Assembly: GCA_030248215.1 (NCBI GenBank)
Contig: JASANG010003092.1
Location: 1-64,000, forward strand
From: Enoplolaimus lenunculus
Lineage: Eukaryota
Direction: 5' to 3'
Length of the DNA: 64,000 nucleotides
The notes below the pieces were generated by a model. The model had not been told where the DNA came from and ran no database searches. It was given only the letters and a program-made list of their open reading frames with translations. The translations under genes and the position numbers were made by a program. Shown here piece after piece: positions 50,949 through 64,000 of this stretch. How positions within the stretch are numbered: position 1 is the first letter of the stretch; each line of letters begins with the position of its first letter.

Positions 50949-51108
50949 ATGACGGTCCCGTTTGATGGTTCTTCGTATTTTTGGACGTGCATCCACACCT
51001 CGAATGGTATTCGATCTCAGCCACCGGTGTACTCATGTCGACCCCTGCTCAGTCATCTGACAGCGCGTTGTGCCATAGCATTGACCCTCTTGTCAATAGT
51101 GATTTCAG
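50949..51108 (+). CDS. Candidate first (signal-peptide) exon of the Dpr/ZIG-8-like gene
   Basis: TTTCAG acceptor at 50851-50856, ATG at 50949, hydrophobic stretch CAIALTLLSIVIS, CAG/GTAC donor at 51108/51109. The donor is phase 1 but the acceptor at 55005 is phase 0, so a linking exon is missing or unidentified. Confidence 0.45.
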
Positions 51109-53879
51109 GTACGTTAAACATTATTTGGACAGATTTTATTTTGGTTTATTTTTAAACTTTAGTTTGAAGTGTTACAAATTTTTAGGTTGGCTGTTGCTAC
51201 TGGAGCCCGTAGACAAAAGGGGCCAGAGAGGACCTACACACAAAATAAATTTTCTTATATTCAAGAAATATTGTCTAAAATTTAAAACAATTATGTCTTA
51301 ATACAGACTCTAGCCAGACGTATATGTCTTGAATTCCAGACTGTTATTTTTTAAAATTTTCAGAAATATGGGTCTGAAATTTTTGAGACTTAAAAAGTTT
51401 GAAATTTAAGACTTTGTTTCATGAACGTTTAAGACAACTATTTCAGAAATATAGGACAAAAGGGGCCAAAGCTCAATAAAATACTCGAATTTTACAAACT
51501 AATGTACGTCCAAGACTTAAACGTAGGTAAGGGAAGCCTGAGATCAGCCCGAAACATCTATGAAATTCTATTATTTATATACACTGTGAAAAATATAAAC
51601 CGAGCAATTTTTTTACATACACAAAAATCAGAAAATTAACTCTTGAATATAAGACAACTATTTTTTGGAAGGTAGAAATTTATGTCTTATAAATTGCCAA
51701 CAGTAATTTTTTGAATATAAAACTTTTATGTTTTATTCATTTCAAAAACGAATTTCTGATCTGTTTAAGGCGATTCATGTCTGAAATACCAGACATTTGC
51801 CCCTCCTGAAAATTTTTTAGCCCCCCCTAGCAAGGAGAGCTGGCGACGTGCCTGTCGCTAATAGTGTCGCCGTTGAGCTCCGAATTGGCACTACTAATCA
51901 AACATTTTTGTTTACAAATTGTTATGCGGTGTCAGGACGACGCCAGATGGCATTAATATAGTAAAAAACTATAGCGCCACACTAAATTGTATTTTTTTCT
52001 AAATACTATTGTAAGATATTCAATTTTAATTTTACATTTCATTTTTGTTCCAGTATTTATTTTAAGTTAAACTCGTTCAAAATGTTTCCAAATTTATCCG
52101 CTCTGTAAAAACCCCGAACAGCTCAACAACCAATCGAGCATAATTAGCTATTGCCTTAGAGTAATTTGACTAAATTAGACTTCGTAAGATTGGCTTGAGC
52201 TAGCACGCTTTTGTACGCTTTCTCTCCACGTTGAACGCTAAGGTTCTGGCTTAGACGAAGGCCTACGGTTGCGCTAAACTTTGCTGTGTCGAACGCCACC
52301 GCGCGCCACCGTACGCCGCTATTCGTCGCTAACCAAGATATGGACAAAGCTTATTTGGTGGCGTGCGACAATTTTTAATAAACAAATTTTATCTTGCCGT
52401 ACACCGGCGCGCGGGGGGCATCCGGCGGTGTCTGGCGGCACGCGGTGAGTAAAGCGCAACCCGAAGGCTAAGGCAAACCCTTTGCAAACCTAGCGTAAGC
52501 GTAAATCTACGCGAAGTCTACACGAACCTTGACATTTTTCCAAACCACACTTCTGTGCTTCCCTGTTCAATCTAATTACGTAGATTTCGTTTAAAATGTG
52601 AACCAATTTTCATATCGAGCGCTTGAGCATTTCATAAACGAAAATCATATGTGCTCCAACTATTAACGCATAGAGCAACCCAGTGGTCACCACAGGCTGG
52701 CACCTAAAAAGCCGCTTGGGGGTATTTTATTCAGCATTCACAAGCTGAAATTATATAGAAATGGGTTCCTGCACTGGTCAGTTTCTAAATTAGTTTCTTC
52801 GCGGAGAAATTCTACGGTGGCCACACAAAGTAAACGTCCTTGAATAGTCGAATTGAACGGAAAACTCATGATTCTTTTGTTAGTAGGAGAAAACACGGTG
52901 CAAACAATGCAGCTTTGATAGATAAAATCATGAAATTTGGAAACATAAATGGCCACGGAGATAATAAACAGTAGCCCAGTGTAGATTGGTTCAAGGGTTC
53001 AATAAGAAAACGTTGAAATATAAGAATTGGACACAAATGAAGAATGATCAAAGAATGTTTTCAGTTGAAATTGGTACAAATTAATTTGCAGTCACTCAAA
53101 AATTATTGTGATCGGCGCATCAAAACAATCGTTAGTCATATCGGCCAATGTTTTACAGTCTGTTTGAGTATAGTCCTACGACTACAGTCGAATTGCAGTT
53201 GCAAAATAAGTATTCGGTCAGGCTTGATTTCTTATATGCTTCAGGTAATCGATTGCCAACACACGGTTCCGATTCCAACCTACCATCTCACCGCAAACAC
53301 GTCTTGTATTATCACGATATGCTCAGTTCAAAGACTGGCTCAAATAATAATACTTTCCAGCTTCAAAGTTATAACGTAAGCAAAGTATAATTTTCAAATT
53401 AGATTCGTTTGAAACACTACTTTGACCAGGACCGTAACTGTAGGGTTGGGTTTCTGGAGCGTCGCACTCTCTACAATCATCTTCGTCCCTTCTCTCTGAA
53501 GATTTTTTCACTGAAATAAAGGAATTTTATTCAATGGCACATCTTGATTTGCAGGATGTATCCATAAACCCGCCCCCCTGCCGAGCAGAAAATGTTTCGA
53601 TACAAATGGTTCATCGTAAGCTTAAAATGTGTTTTCAAGCTAAATAGCTTAAAAAATGTTTGTAAATTTTAACGCAGCGAAATATTTGCAAACATGCTTT
53701 AAAAACAATAAAAATTCGACACTTAAACAGTTTCTTCTTTGTCCACCAGAAAATTCCTGGTTTGCCGCCGATTCTATGTTAGGCAAGTTTCCCTTCTCAT
53801 CCTAGCAAAGTTATGACTGCCTTCGTTAACCATTTTCCCGGTTTCGGGTTCGATTTTGAGGCAAATGTACAGTACAGGA

Positions 53880-54125
53880 TTGTAAAAACAGCGTAATAAC
53901 ATTTTTAAGGCTAAGTCAAAGCGTATGAATGGGCTTACGCTTAAGCCTATGCCTATGCCTTAGCCTAAGAATGAGCCTACACTTAAGCCTATGCCTAAGC
54001 CTTAGCGTAGGAATGAGCTTACACCTAAGCCTAAGCCAAAGCAAAAAAATAGTCTAAAACTTAATCATACTTACTCTATTGAAGTCCCGTCGAGAAACGT
54101 TCCGCTCCTGATTTTTGCATTGTTC
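53880..54125. mobile_element. Telomere-repeat MITE with long degenerate core
   Basis: Many CCTAAG/CCTATG variants followed by AATAGTCTAAAA...GTTCCGCTCCTGATTTTTGCAT. Confidence 0.65.
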
Positions 54126-54737
54126 TATTTTGAAAACCAATTTAAACCAGTTAAAACTAACCGGATACGGGTTTAAGAAAAGTTGTTAAGTTATATTTGA
54201 CATGGAAATTTTACGAATCGAATATAAAAATTATGAATTCTAGCAGTTCTACTGTAACTTTCTACAAACATTTTTATATTTTAACCTTTGTAGCTAAATT
54301 AAGGGTAAAAACGTGAGTGAATGCCGAATTGTTCAATTAATTTTCAACATTTTCTACCCGTAGTCATACGGACATTAGTGATTGAGGCGTGGCTGACCCG
54401 ACTTGGAAATCTTCTGGGACTCCAACTAGAAAACTTTCAGTTTCACGGTAGCATGTCATATGAAACGCTTAAATGCCGTTTCTGAAATAATTTTTAGCCC
54501 CTTTCCTAGTAGGTTGACCGGAACACGACCTTCGATCTAAAGCCAGTTTGAGTGCAAAACCAGGAAATTAAAAGGTATATCATGAAGTGAGGATAGAGTT
54601 GAGACAAGTAGGTATCTAGATCAATATACTATAGAGGGAACAAAACAAAATTTAGGATGTTGATTTCGCGAAACTTAGAAGCGAGGCTAAACCTTTATCT
54701 GGAAGAAGCCAAATTGTTCTAAAGGGTTGAGCCCCCT

Positions 54738-54952
54738 GGCCCATGTATAGAACAGGGCCGGCCCAGTAGTATAAACATATTCCTAAGCCTAAGTCAAAGC
54801 CTAAGCCTAAGCGTAAGGATGAGACTATTCCTAAGCCTAAGCGTAAGCCTAAGCCTAAGCCTAAGCCTAAGCGAAAAAGTTCGTGTAAAGCTTAAACTGA
54901 CTCTATTACAGCCACACCGGAAAACGATCAGGTCCTGTTCTATACATGGGCC
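54738..54952. mobile_element. Merlin-like MITE with long (CCTAAG)n core
   Basis: TIRs GGCCCATGTATAGAACAGG / CCTGTTCTATACATGGGCC. Confidence 0.85.
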
Positions 54953-55004
54953 GGCTTTCTTATGTTACGGACCAGGGTAGTAACATAATTTTCACGCAAT
55001 TTAG

Positions 55005-58000
55005 ACAAAATATTACAAACGAAACGACAAAGATATGCCGTATTTTGTTGTTGATCCAAGAGATACTCAAGTAACTGTGCCCGTTGAGAGTACAGCATTG
55101 TTACACTGCCGCGTTGGAAATCAAAAAGACAAAAAGGTTGGTGCCGCCGTTATCAAAAATTGCTTATGGGCAAATTTAAATTTCTAGCCGCTAGCAGGTA
55201 ATTTTCTCTTGCTGACACGCCGCCTCATTCCTTCCAAAGCCTCTGTGTAAACGGTTAGTTCCGTAGGAATATTAGGGCAAACGAATTGTGCAATAAGTTA
55301 TATATTTAGTTATTGTTAACTCTTTTAAAGTTGTTTAAATCTAGGGCCAAAACTTTCAAATATGTAGCACCTATCACTAATTGTTAGTAAATATTATTGT
55401 CGTAACGAGGTTAAGGTTTTCTCTAAAATTATTTGTATTTATTAGAGCATTGTTTCGCATAAAATCTATGTTTCTTTTTACCTGAAAAATTTTTTGAGAA
55501 CCATTCACTGTTTGAATATAAGACATCCCATTGACATGTTACAACGATTTTTACTCAACGCTAAGATCCGTAGTTGACTTGTATTTTAATGAAAAATTTC
55601 AAAAACTGGATACTACTGAATGTTTTCTTTAGCTAACGTATATTTCACAGCGAAGTCGTTTCTTGTTGAATTACTGATAATTTTTAAAATTTGTATATTG
55701 GCCGGCCGGTCAGTGGGAAAAGTGGTAATTGCACAACACTAATTTTCAGGTTGCCTGGATTCGACACAGCGATCATACCATACTGACGATTGAAGACACA
55801 AGATTTACAAGCGACGGCCGATTTCGTTTATCTTATCGCAATGAAACTAATGATTATTTGTTAATAATCAGGTTAGCATAGTATAATATTCTAGATTGTT
55901 GAAATATGCCAGATCCGCAATTCTTGTAAACATATTTAGCGTCACTGGTGTGCTTTTGTAAAACTGCTGGGAAGAAAAAGTTATCAAGTTGGCCTCGAGT
56001 CTCTAGCCCGATAAAGTTAATGCGGCCCCTTAGTTTATCTTCATAAAAATAGATTGTAAAAATTATGAAATTTAATTTTACTTACAGATACGTACGCCAC
56101 GAAGATAGCGGAACATACACATGCGAGCTAGCCACAGAACCACCTCAACGAATGCATGTTCAACTTGCTGTGATAGGTTAGTTAGAATTATATTTTGTTT
56201 CGATTTTTGAATTTCGTATTTTCTAGTATTTCTGGGTTAGAAAATTCGAAAGGAAAATTACGTTAAAATGTTAATGAATTCAAACTGCGTTTTAAGTTTA
56301 TGTTCGCTTACAACTCATGGACCATGTTACTGTATAAGGGGCGTCCAGGTTTCTGGTGGGTCTACAAAAAAGTAGGTTTAGATTCTAGGTTACCTTTTTT
56401 GCTTAGGCTTAGGCTTACGCTTTGGAACTCATTTTTGCAACGCTTGGGTTTATGCTTAGGCTTAGGAATACGCTTAATCTACCGTTACGCCCCTAACAGT
56501 AAGCTTGGCCCAACTTATAATGCAACAAATTGCATTGACGTATTTCTAATTTACTGGAATGTTATACAATAAGCAACTTTAATCTGTTGCATTATAAGCT
56601 GTAACGAAGAATTGCCCTAAAATGCGCTAACACGCTTTGTAAATTCCCAGCGTTTTGAGCTGAAGCCACATTCCAAACAGTGTATAGCACCAATCGCCAG
56701 TTAGTAATAGGTTTTCAAACAGCAAACTGCAAACGCGACACATCTCTAAATCTACACAAACGTTGATCAAATCAAATGCGAAAAATGTGCTACGTTTCTA
56801 AGCTCACCCATTCAGTTCGAAATATAACTGATGTATATCCAATTTGAGATAGGTGCTGCATACAGTTGAGAATATGGGCACTAATCTCAATTTTAGCGTA
56901 CAATGCAACAAACGCAATTTAGTTGATTTTAAATACAGTACTTTTTGCAGCAAATGGAATTGCTGATTTGTGCGCATATTATATTCTCAAATGTATGTAG
57001 CACTTTTCATCAGTTAGTGATACATCTTGTAACTGTCGAATCATAAAATAATCAGGTTAGAAATGCAGCTCTTATTTTGCATTTATCTCTGTGCAAATTT
57101 TTGATACCTGCAATTGTACGAGTTCATCAGTTTGAAAATTTGAAAAACGATCGCTAACTGGCGATAGGTGCTATACACATTTGAGAATATAGGCTCTAAT
57201 TTTAGAATATCGTGCTTCTTTGACCGGTCCAGAATCAGCTGCGTTAGGATCAACGTTTAAGCTGACATGCTCAGTTCATTTACCCCGCAACACAAAGGAT
57301 CTCTCACCTGTACGATGGTACCACAATCGAGTACCGTTTGCGTTTGATAGTGCCAGTAAGTGTATGCTCGGAGCTAAGACGGAAGTCACGAAACCTTCAG
57401 CCTACGCTTGAAAATTTGAGCACTGCCCCATAGAAAAATTCACCCCATTTGTAATAGGTATGCGAAATCTCCTCATGATTACCTGGGATTATATTAGCAC
57501 CCGAAAACATTACGTTGACCTCAGCCTGACTGGAAGAGTTCAATGTTACATTACGTTATGAGTCCGGGTGCCTTCAGTTGTTTAAAAAAACGCTAAACCT
57601 TAGCAGAGTGCTAAGGGGCACATTGCGCAATAAATGGTGGCGATGTACGTATCGTGCGGCGTACGATCTTCCACTGCATAATAATATTTTTTAAATCTCG
57701 AAATTCATGCCTGCATTTTAACACAATAGGAAGCTCTGGTACATTTTCCGTCACATTTAAGACTAAGACTTATGCTTTAGGTTTTGGCTCAGGCTTAGGC
57801 TTCAAGCGTGTACGTAAACTGACCCTAAGTCTAAGCCTGCGGTGGTGGGGAGCGTGTAAGAACCCGGAGCGTGGGTAATATACTGTTCACCATTTTGCAG
57901 GAGTTAGTATTGTGCCATCATGGGTAGACACATCTGACGGTACATACAATTCGCAACTTGTCGTTCGCCAAGTAACCGCAAGCGATGCTGGTAATTATGC

Positions 58001-58981
58001 GTGCGCAACTGCCGGTGTGTCACCGAAAACGTGGAAGATTAAAGTTTACGGTTAGCCAGTAATAATCGCCTTCAACATTTGTTAGACAAAACATGTGGCC
58101 TATTTTCAGAAATAAGAACCTGTTTTTGTGGTTCAGTTACTGGAAGTCGTATTCTCAACAGTGTGTGGCACCTGTCAATAGTTTTCTGACCTCAAGGATC
58201 CAGCAATTTAATATTCGAAAGCGTACAAAATGGGCCTTTTTTCGTATCTCTAGATATTTTTCTGAGAGAGGGGAGCGGATATATCAAACGTAGTCAGGTT
58301 AAATATGTGCGACCCTGGTCTTTAATGGATTTATCAACCTCACAGCCAGCTCAACATTTCACGGAGGGCTAAAAAATTTCAGGAGAGAATGTGAAGATTT
58401 AACACCAATACAAGCTACTTACGTTGAAACTTTGCTAGTGGGCCAAAATTTTTACGGGTGCTCAGCTCCTCTGGCCTACTTCTGGTTACGGGCCCCGACT
58501 GTAAATGTAGCATTCATTCGATATTAGGTTACATATCTGTCTACTTCTGACGCAGATCTTTTTACAAATTTCGGCCAGTGTAAAGAAAAGGGGCGGAACA
58601 GTATTATAAGCATATTCCTAAGCCTAAGCCTAACCCCTAAGCCTAAGCGTTAGAATAAGCATATTCCTAAGCCTAATTCTAAGGCTAAGCCTAAGCAAAA
58701 AAATTAGTCTAAAGCGTAAGCTTTACTCTTTTCTAGTCCCACAGAAAAACGCTCCGCCCCTGATGTTTACATGGACCGAAATTTGTCACGCTTTGCTACT
58801 TGTGGACGTTGATTATCTTATTGTCTTATTTCAAATTTTTATATTTTCAGGTGCAAGTTCTGCTGCAATGACCAAAGCCGCGCGCAGTGTACTATTGAAT
58901 TCTAAATCGATGTCTGTAGTCTATCATTGGTTTAGTGAACTATTAACAATATCACATTTAGTGCTATTAAACTTGGTATGA
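55005..58981 (+). CDS. Two-Ig-domain, probably GPI-anchored cell-surface protein of the Dpr/ZIG-8 family (5' end unresolved)
   Basis: Exons 55005-55136, 55750-55871, 56088-56176, 57206-57355, 57901-58050 and 58851-58981 splice in frame. Ig1 reads PYF...TALLHCRVGNQKDKKVAWIRHSDHTILT...FTSDGRF...YLLIIRYVRHEDSGTYTCELATEP (Dpr-like). Ig2 reads FKLTCSV...VRWYHN...SQLVVRQVTASDAGNYAC. Hydrophobic C-terminus. Confidence 0.85.
56319..56510. mobile_element. Telomere-repeat MITE, second subfamily
   Basis: TSD CAACTCAT/CAACTTAT. Shares GGGGCGTCCAGGTTTCTGGTG with 60955-61159. Confidence 0.75.
56978..57195. mobile_element. MITE family with ATATTCTCAAATGTGT..AGCAC / GTGCTATACACATTTGAGAATAT ends
   Basis: TIR pair visible. 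Relatives at ~19990-20207, 56680-56880, 16360-16520, 42770 and 59445. This copy ends ~10 bp from the acceptor at 57205. Confidence 0.6.
58573..58777. mobile_element. Telomere-repeat MITE
   Basis: TIRs and a duplicated AAGCATATTCCTAAGCCTAA subunit. Confidence 0.8.
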
Positions 58982-59981
58982 CGACAAATTGTTTTGCTAA
59001 TATTTGGTTGTCAGAGTTATGCACATTCAAAACTGTGCCCAGCAACTCATCATTAATAATTGGTGACAGGACAATTTGTTTAAAATAGCGAAATCGAATG
59101 ATTTTCCATTAAAGCCTAGTCTCATATTTTAATATTTGTATAAACATGTATCACAAGGTATAGCGATCGCACTTCAAACTGTCGAACTCCTGCAGTTGCG
59201 AAACTCTAAATTGGCTTACTATTGAGACAACTCGAATGTATAAAATCCGGTGATATAAAAAAGCTGTAGGTTGCAAACATTTTAGCGAATTCTGGATGCA
59301 GATTATAAAATTCGGTTAAATCATGGAAACTGTTACCTATTGTTTTTAAAAGTAAAGTATACTTCTAAAGAATCGGGTACAAAACAGGTTTCGAATAAAT
59401 TGTATACATTAGACCTTCGCTTTGGCTAACTGCCGTATTTTTCAACCGTGTGTAGCACCTATTATCAGTTAGTAATAGCACAAGAGAGGGCCCTCAAGAG
59501 ATATAAAGTGAGAAAAACTGCGCGAGACCGAAAAGCCGAACAATATTTTAACGCTAAACCTTAGTACAAAATCTAAGTATTCACTCGTATTGGGTTGTGC
59601 CTGCGTCTGGGTGTTCTACACTTGGATCCGCCAACGCTGTAATCTTTTACTCACGAGCCGTTTTGGCTTAGCTTAAACGATAAAGGTATCGGTTTGGACC
59701 AATGGCAAAACAGAAACAATGCAAAAATTACAAAACGACGTCGTAAATTTTTGCCAATGAAATGGTTAAAATTTAAACGAAAATCCAAGAACGCAGCAGC
59801 GACCTTCCAAGTTTTCAAAACTAAAACTTTCCGTAAGAATTTTTAAATGATTTGAAAAATGAGTTTGGCTTCTCGAGCCTTTTGCCTTGCGAGGCTTGTT
59901 TAACCATTACACATTCTGCACTTGTAGGGTACCCAGATATCTGATTCGATGTTTCGCCCCATGACAGCCAATAGTTGAACT

Positions 59982-60135
59982 GACCCATGTATACAACAAG
60001 GCCGGAACGTTTTCCGGTGGGACTGTAGTAGAATAAGCTTAAGCTTTAGACTAATTTTTTGCTCAGTCTTAGGCTTAGGCTTATGCTTAGGAATATGCTT
60101 ATACTGCTGTTCTGGTCCTGTTCTATACATTAGTC
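59982..60135. mobile_element. Telomere-repeat MITE
   Basis: TIRs present, perfect TSD GTTGAACT. Confidence 0.82.
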
Positions 60136-60954
60136 GTTGAACTTTTGCACCAGTAAACATTATTTCTACCGTGGTTCACGCATTTTGTTGCATATAAGCA
60201 TGGGTTTAGACAAACAAATAACAAAATGTTTCATTGTAATTTTGAGGCAAAAAAATCCCGGCCCTAAAACATATTCTCTTGATGAATTAAAAAAGTGAAT
60301 AGAAAACGATGTGATGTGCGCTGATCGTTCCAGACAGACAAAAAATTTCAATAACAACATACAGATGGGGTTTCGGAAATTGAAAAATATGAAAAAATAT
60401 TCTAACGAAAGTGTATGATATTTATGATATTTCATGTGTGAGAGGTGTAGTGCGAGAAAGAAATGGAGGTCAGTCGCGAATATACGCAATGATGAATCCA
60501 GAAATTCCTAACGGAGGGTTATTCGTGAGGTACAATATTGAAAAAATGTCGACAGCGAAACGAGCGAAAATCCTGGCCCAATTCTACTATACTAAATACC
60601 GATCCAAAATTTAGGTGTAGATTCCTGGTGCAAAGCCAGAATGAGCAGGCCCCTCTTAAATTCCACCATTGCGCGTACGCGATACCTGCAACGCCTCGAG
60701 AGAGAAAATGAGAGTCTATGAAATTAAGATAATTTTTTCTCAAATTCGATTTGTCGCTTAGAAAGTTGGTAATCGAAAACAGCGCTCAGCGTCTACGTCT
60801 TGGTGATTGTAGAAAAAAATTTAGAAGAATTTTTGTGTTTTACGTCTAATACAATGGTGTTCGTCTGCTCGCAACCGGAAGATAACGTATCTACTATAAT
60901 TTGCGGTAAGTCTTGATAACATCGTTTTTAGGATTCCCTATAAGTACCAAACGG

Positions 60955-61159
60955 AGCCCATGTTACTTTATGGGGCGTCCAGGTTTCTGGTGAACCTATA
61001 CATGAGTAAGTTTAGATTCTAGATTAGATTTTTTGCTTAGGCTTAGGCTTGGCTTAGGTCTAGGCTTAGGCTTAGGAACACATTCTTGCAACGCGTAGGC
61101 TTATACTTAGGCTTAGGAATACCCATAATCTACTGTTACGCCCCTTAAAAACATTGGCC
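60955..61159. mobile_element. Telomere-repeat MITE, second subfamily
   Basis: TSD CCAAACGG/CCAAACAG and a (TTAGGC)n core. Confidence 0.78.
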
Positions 61160-61249
61160 CCAAACAGTTTCGAAACCTTGTGCAATTTCAAATTTATGAT
61201 AGTTCCGTGCTCGACGCGCTCCAAATGCTAGCATTGCAATTATAAACCA

Positions 61250-61429
61250 AACAGGGCCGTAACAGTAAAGGCATATTTGTAACACTACGCCTAAGCCTGA
61301 GCCTAAGCGCAAAGACTAACATAATCCTAAGCCTAAGCCTAAGCCTAAGATAAAAATTAGTTTAAACTTCAAGCTTTAGTGTATTGAAGTCTCGCAGAAA
61401 AATAGTCCGCCCTGATCTTTGCATGGGCC
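61250..61429. mobile_element. Telomere-repeat MITE
   Basis: CCTAAG array and right TIR CCGCCCTGATCTTTGCATGGGCC. Confidence 0.7.
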
Positions 61430-62271
61430 CAATTCTGTAGCTTTCTATACCTTTAGAGTTTCATTTCGCTTCGCCTTTAAAATATTTTGCCGACGTTTTC
61501 ATTTTGTGCGAGGAGTCTTAATCATTGTATTCTGTTGGGCGAAAAATATCCAAAAATTTTATTTAGTTGCGAGACGGTTTAATTTCTGGTTCACTATACG
61601 CTTAGTCTAAGGTTTTATAGAACCAAGTATGCTCATAGAAGATAGGCTTAGGTTACAACTTATCGAGCTCAATTTTTGCATTAGATCAAATTGTTTGAGT
61701 ATGCTAGAATAATCAGAACTCGTTCTTCGCTGTGATCAATAAACTGGTCAGGTTTCGCTTAAAATAAAACTTCAAATATTACTTAAAATTAATTTCCTCA
61801 AAGCAGACATAATTTAAAATCGGTGACGAAACTTTCTCGAATCAACAAATGCCTGAAACGCCAAATGACGTTTTGATGTTTACGCAGATGATTGCATATG
61901 ATTCATAAATTCATCGAGTTTAATATTAATTTTCGCGTCGACATTTGTTTCAGAAACAGAAACCTTTTTTCGTCCCAAAAACAATTGCTTCTCGTTCCAC
62001 GGTTTCCCCTTTGAAGTTTGTTGTGCCACAACGCATAAACCGATGTGTTCGCTCCTACGCAACAGTGATTTTCATTCTGGTACACACCAGATTATACTCT
62101 GTGGGCCCCAAGTCCTTGTAACCTTCGAGTGCTACCTTTTACTCACCGATTTTGCGTTCTGCAATCGCTTACGCAGCCCCTGAGCTGTTTCTTTTGTGTA
62201 TAAACGCTTGAAAACGCAACTGCGCTTTGCAAGCACTACGTTTATAACTGTTAATTTTTGACTTAAAAACA

Positions 62272-63609
62272 TTGCTTGCAATTGTGTTTGCTTTATTGTT
62301 TTGTTTGTTTGTGTTTATTTCGGCGATTTGTCTGGCATTCTTCGTTTACAAACCCGATGTGCATCAGAGTGTTATAGGACGAAATTCCAAAGCATTATCT
62401 TGCATGGAAAGGGTAAATAAAAGGTTGCCAAAGTCTTCGCGAGGCAATGGATTCGACAATGATAGTTGTGAGATAAAAAACAAAATAAATTACCGTTGTT
62501 TTCGTAAGGATATTAGAACATTTACAGATCATGCCAATAATTTTACCACAGTTTCGTATTAAGCGGATTAAGAAAAAGATGAAACGGAAACGAATAGTGG
62601 TATGAATAACGGAAACGGAAACGAATAGTGATATGAATAGCGGAAACGGAAAACGGACATTTAAGTACGACCGTTTAAATTTTTTTCTGCGAATCGTATA
62701 CTATTTAGATGTGGAAACATTCATCATACCTTTTAAAGTTTTTGTTGCAAAAATAGCGGATGCAGTCAAAAATTGAATGATTTTAAGAAAAACAGGTTAT
62801 TTTTGTTTAAATCTGAACATTACCGGCATATTTGCTTTGACAAATCCTCGAATGATTTGTGTAAAACACAAACAATATCCTTCCCCTTAGGAAAACCCTG
62901 GAACCGATACTGCCGTGGCGACAGGGTTTGCTTTGTATACCGTAACTTCTGAATACGGACTTCAAATGTGTACAGCATTTTATATACACTAGAACAGGGC
63001 AGTGATGTATTCTCAGCTGTGTAAAAACTCTGGACGTATACTTCTATATAGTAGGAGGGTAATTTAATGTAAAAAATGTGCTAAATTTTGAAGTTCAACA
63101 TTCACATAAAAGTGAAATGGGCTGTTATAAATTCCGACACGAAAATTCAGCTTTGGTGGAGCTTTAATGGTATCACTGACGCATTTGCATTTTTTAACGG
63201 ATGTCAGACTAAGATAACCCACACAATCATGTTTCCGAGTGCATCGAAACAAAGCCTTTATAAACAAGAAGCATATTTGTTGAATTTTGGTTTCAGTCAT
63301 TCAGTCAGATCAGCGCCATAAGCGGCGATATAAGATCTCATATAGCTTGAAATCTGTGTTCGTTTAGAGCCTTGGATCAAACCGACATATTCATCAACCA
63401 TTATCTCAGGATCGCTGCTGACCAGCACCGTTTCAAATATACCAGATATTTTATTTAACCCACGCCGACTTGACGGAAATTATCCCGGATCAAAACCGCT
63501 TTGGATTATTGTGGGAATGTCAACGAAAACTGCAGCCGCGCCTGGACAGGTGCCTAATACAAGTAAACCAGCAACCGGAACGAAACTAAAAGAATCTACA
63601 GTCGAAAAG
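62272..63609 (+). CDS. Putative fragments of an unknown spliced gene (membrane-anchored protein?)
   Basis: Hydrophobic ORF from 62272 (AIVFALLFCLFVFISAICLAFFVY) ends at an AGG/gtaaat donor near 62412. A 242-bp open exon at 63368-63609 is bounded by tttag and gtaaag (PWIKPTYSSTIISGSLL...KPLWIIVGM...). No family recognised. Confidence 0.3.
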
Positions 63610-63639
63610 GTAAAGCTAGAAATATTCATGCTTTTCCTG

Positions 63640-63828
63640 TGTTTTAACAGAAATTAGCGTAAGCTAAAATAGCTTAAATGTCAAAAAACTTTGTACGTCG
63701 CTATGCTCGATGCGTAGAAATGAGCTTATATATACGCGTAACACTTAAGTTAAAAAGTCCCCTGAAGCTTAAGTTTACTCTATTGCAGTCGCACAGAAAT
63801 CCGTTCCGCTCCTGATCGTACCATGGAC
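63640..63828. mobile_element. Telomere-repeat MITE, diverged
   Basis: AAGCTTAAGTTTACTCTATTGCAGTCGCACAGAAA...GTTCCGCTCCTGATCGTACCATGGACC. Confidence 0.55.
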
Positions 63829-64000
63829 CGAATATTACAACATATATATGTAACGATACCACTATAATCACGTTAGATTTAAACAATTTAACCAGCCGTG
63901 AAGATGGTTTCAGTAAACGTTCTACATTCTTTTCTTTTATACTCAATATCTAATCATCACTTTTAGGATGTAAAATCATCGAGATCTGTGTCCACAAAAG

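Noticed and set aside
53323..53511. Nested antisense exon (KKSSERRDEDDCREC...)
   Set aside because: It has a TTTCAG acceptor but no partner exons or recognisable homology.
54781..54872. True telomere, chromosome-fusion scar or telomerase RNA template
   Set aside because: The arrays are short and degenerate, and the intact ones are enclosed by MITE TIRs, several with TSDs.

Overview
AT-rich eukaryotic (metazoan) DNA with spliceosomal introns. The abundant TTAGGC repeats suggest a nematode, which is an inference. Three co-oriented minus-strand genes occupy 2-27 kb: TSPO (4 coding exons, 168 aa), the Rab3GAP non-catalytic subunit (few, very large exons) and mitochondrial aconitase (21 exons). 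A ~23-kb stretch with no recognisable gene follows, then a plus-strand two-Ig-domain Dpr/ZIG-8-like gene and a weak unknown gene fragment near the end. The non-coding DNA is dense with short non-autonomous DNA transposons. The two most notable families are (i) a Merlin-like MITE (GG-starting TIRs, 8-bp TSDs, about 16 recognisable copies) carrying a variable telomere-type (TTAGGC)n core, and (ii) a TTAA-flanked piggyBac-like MITE (3 copies) carrying an almost invariant tRNA-derived Pol III A/B-box module plus internal palindromes. DINE-1/HINE-like Helentron derivatives, hAT-like MITEs, a decayed LINE RT fragment and recent tandem duplications are also present. All calls come from reading the sequence by eye; no searches were run.
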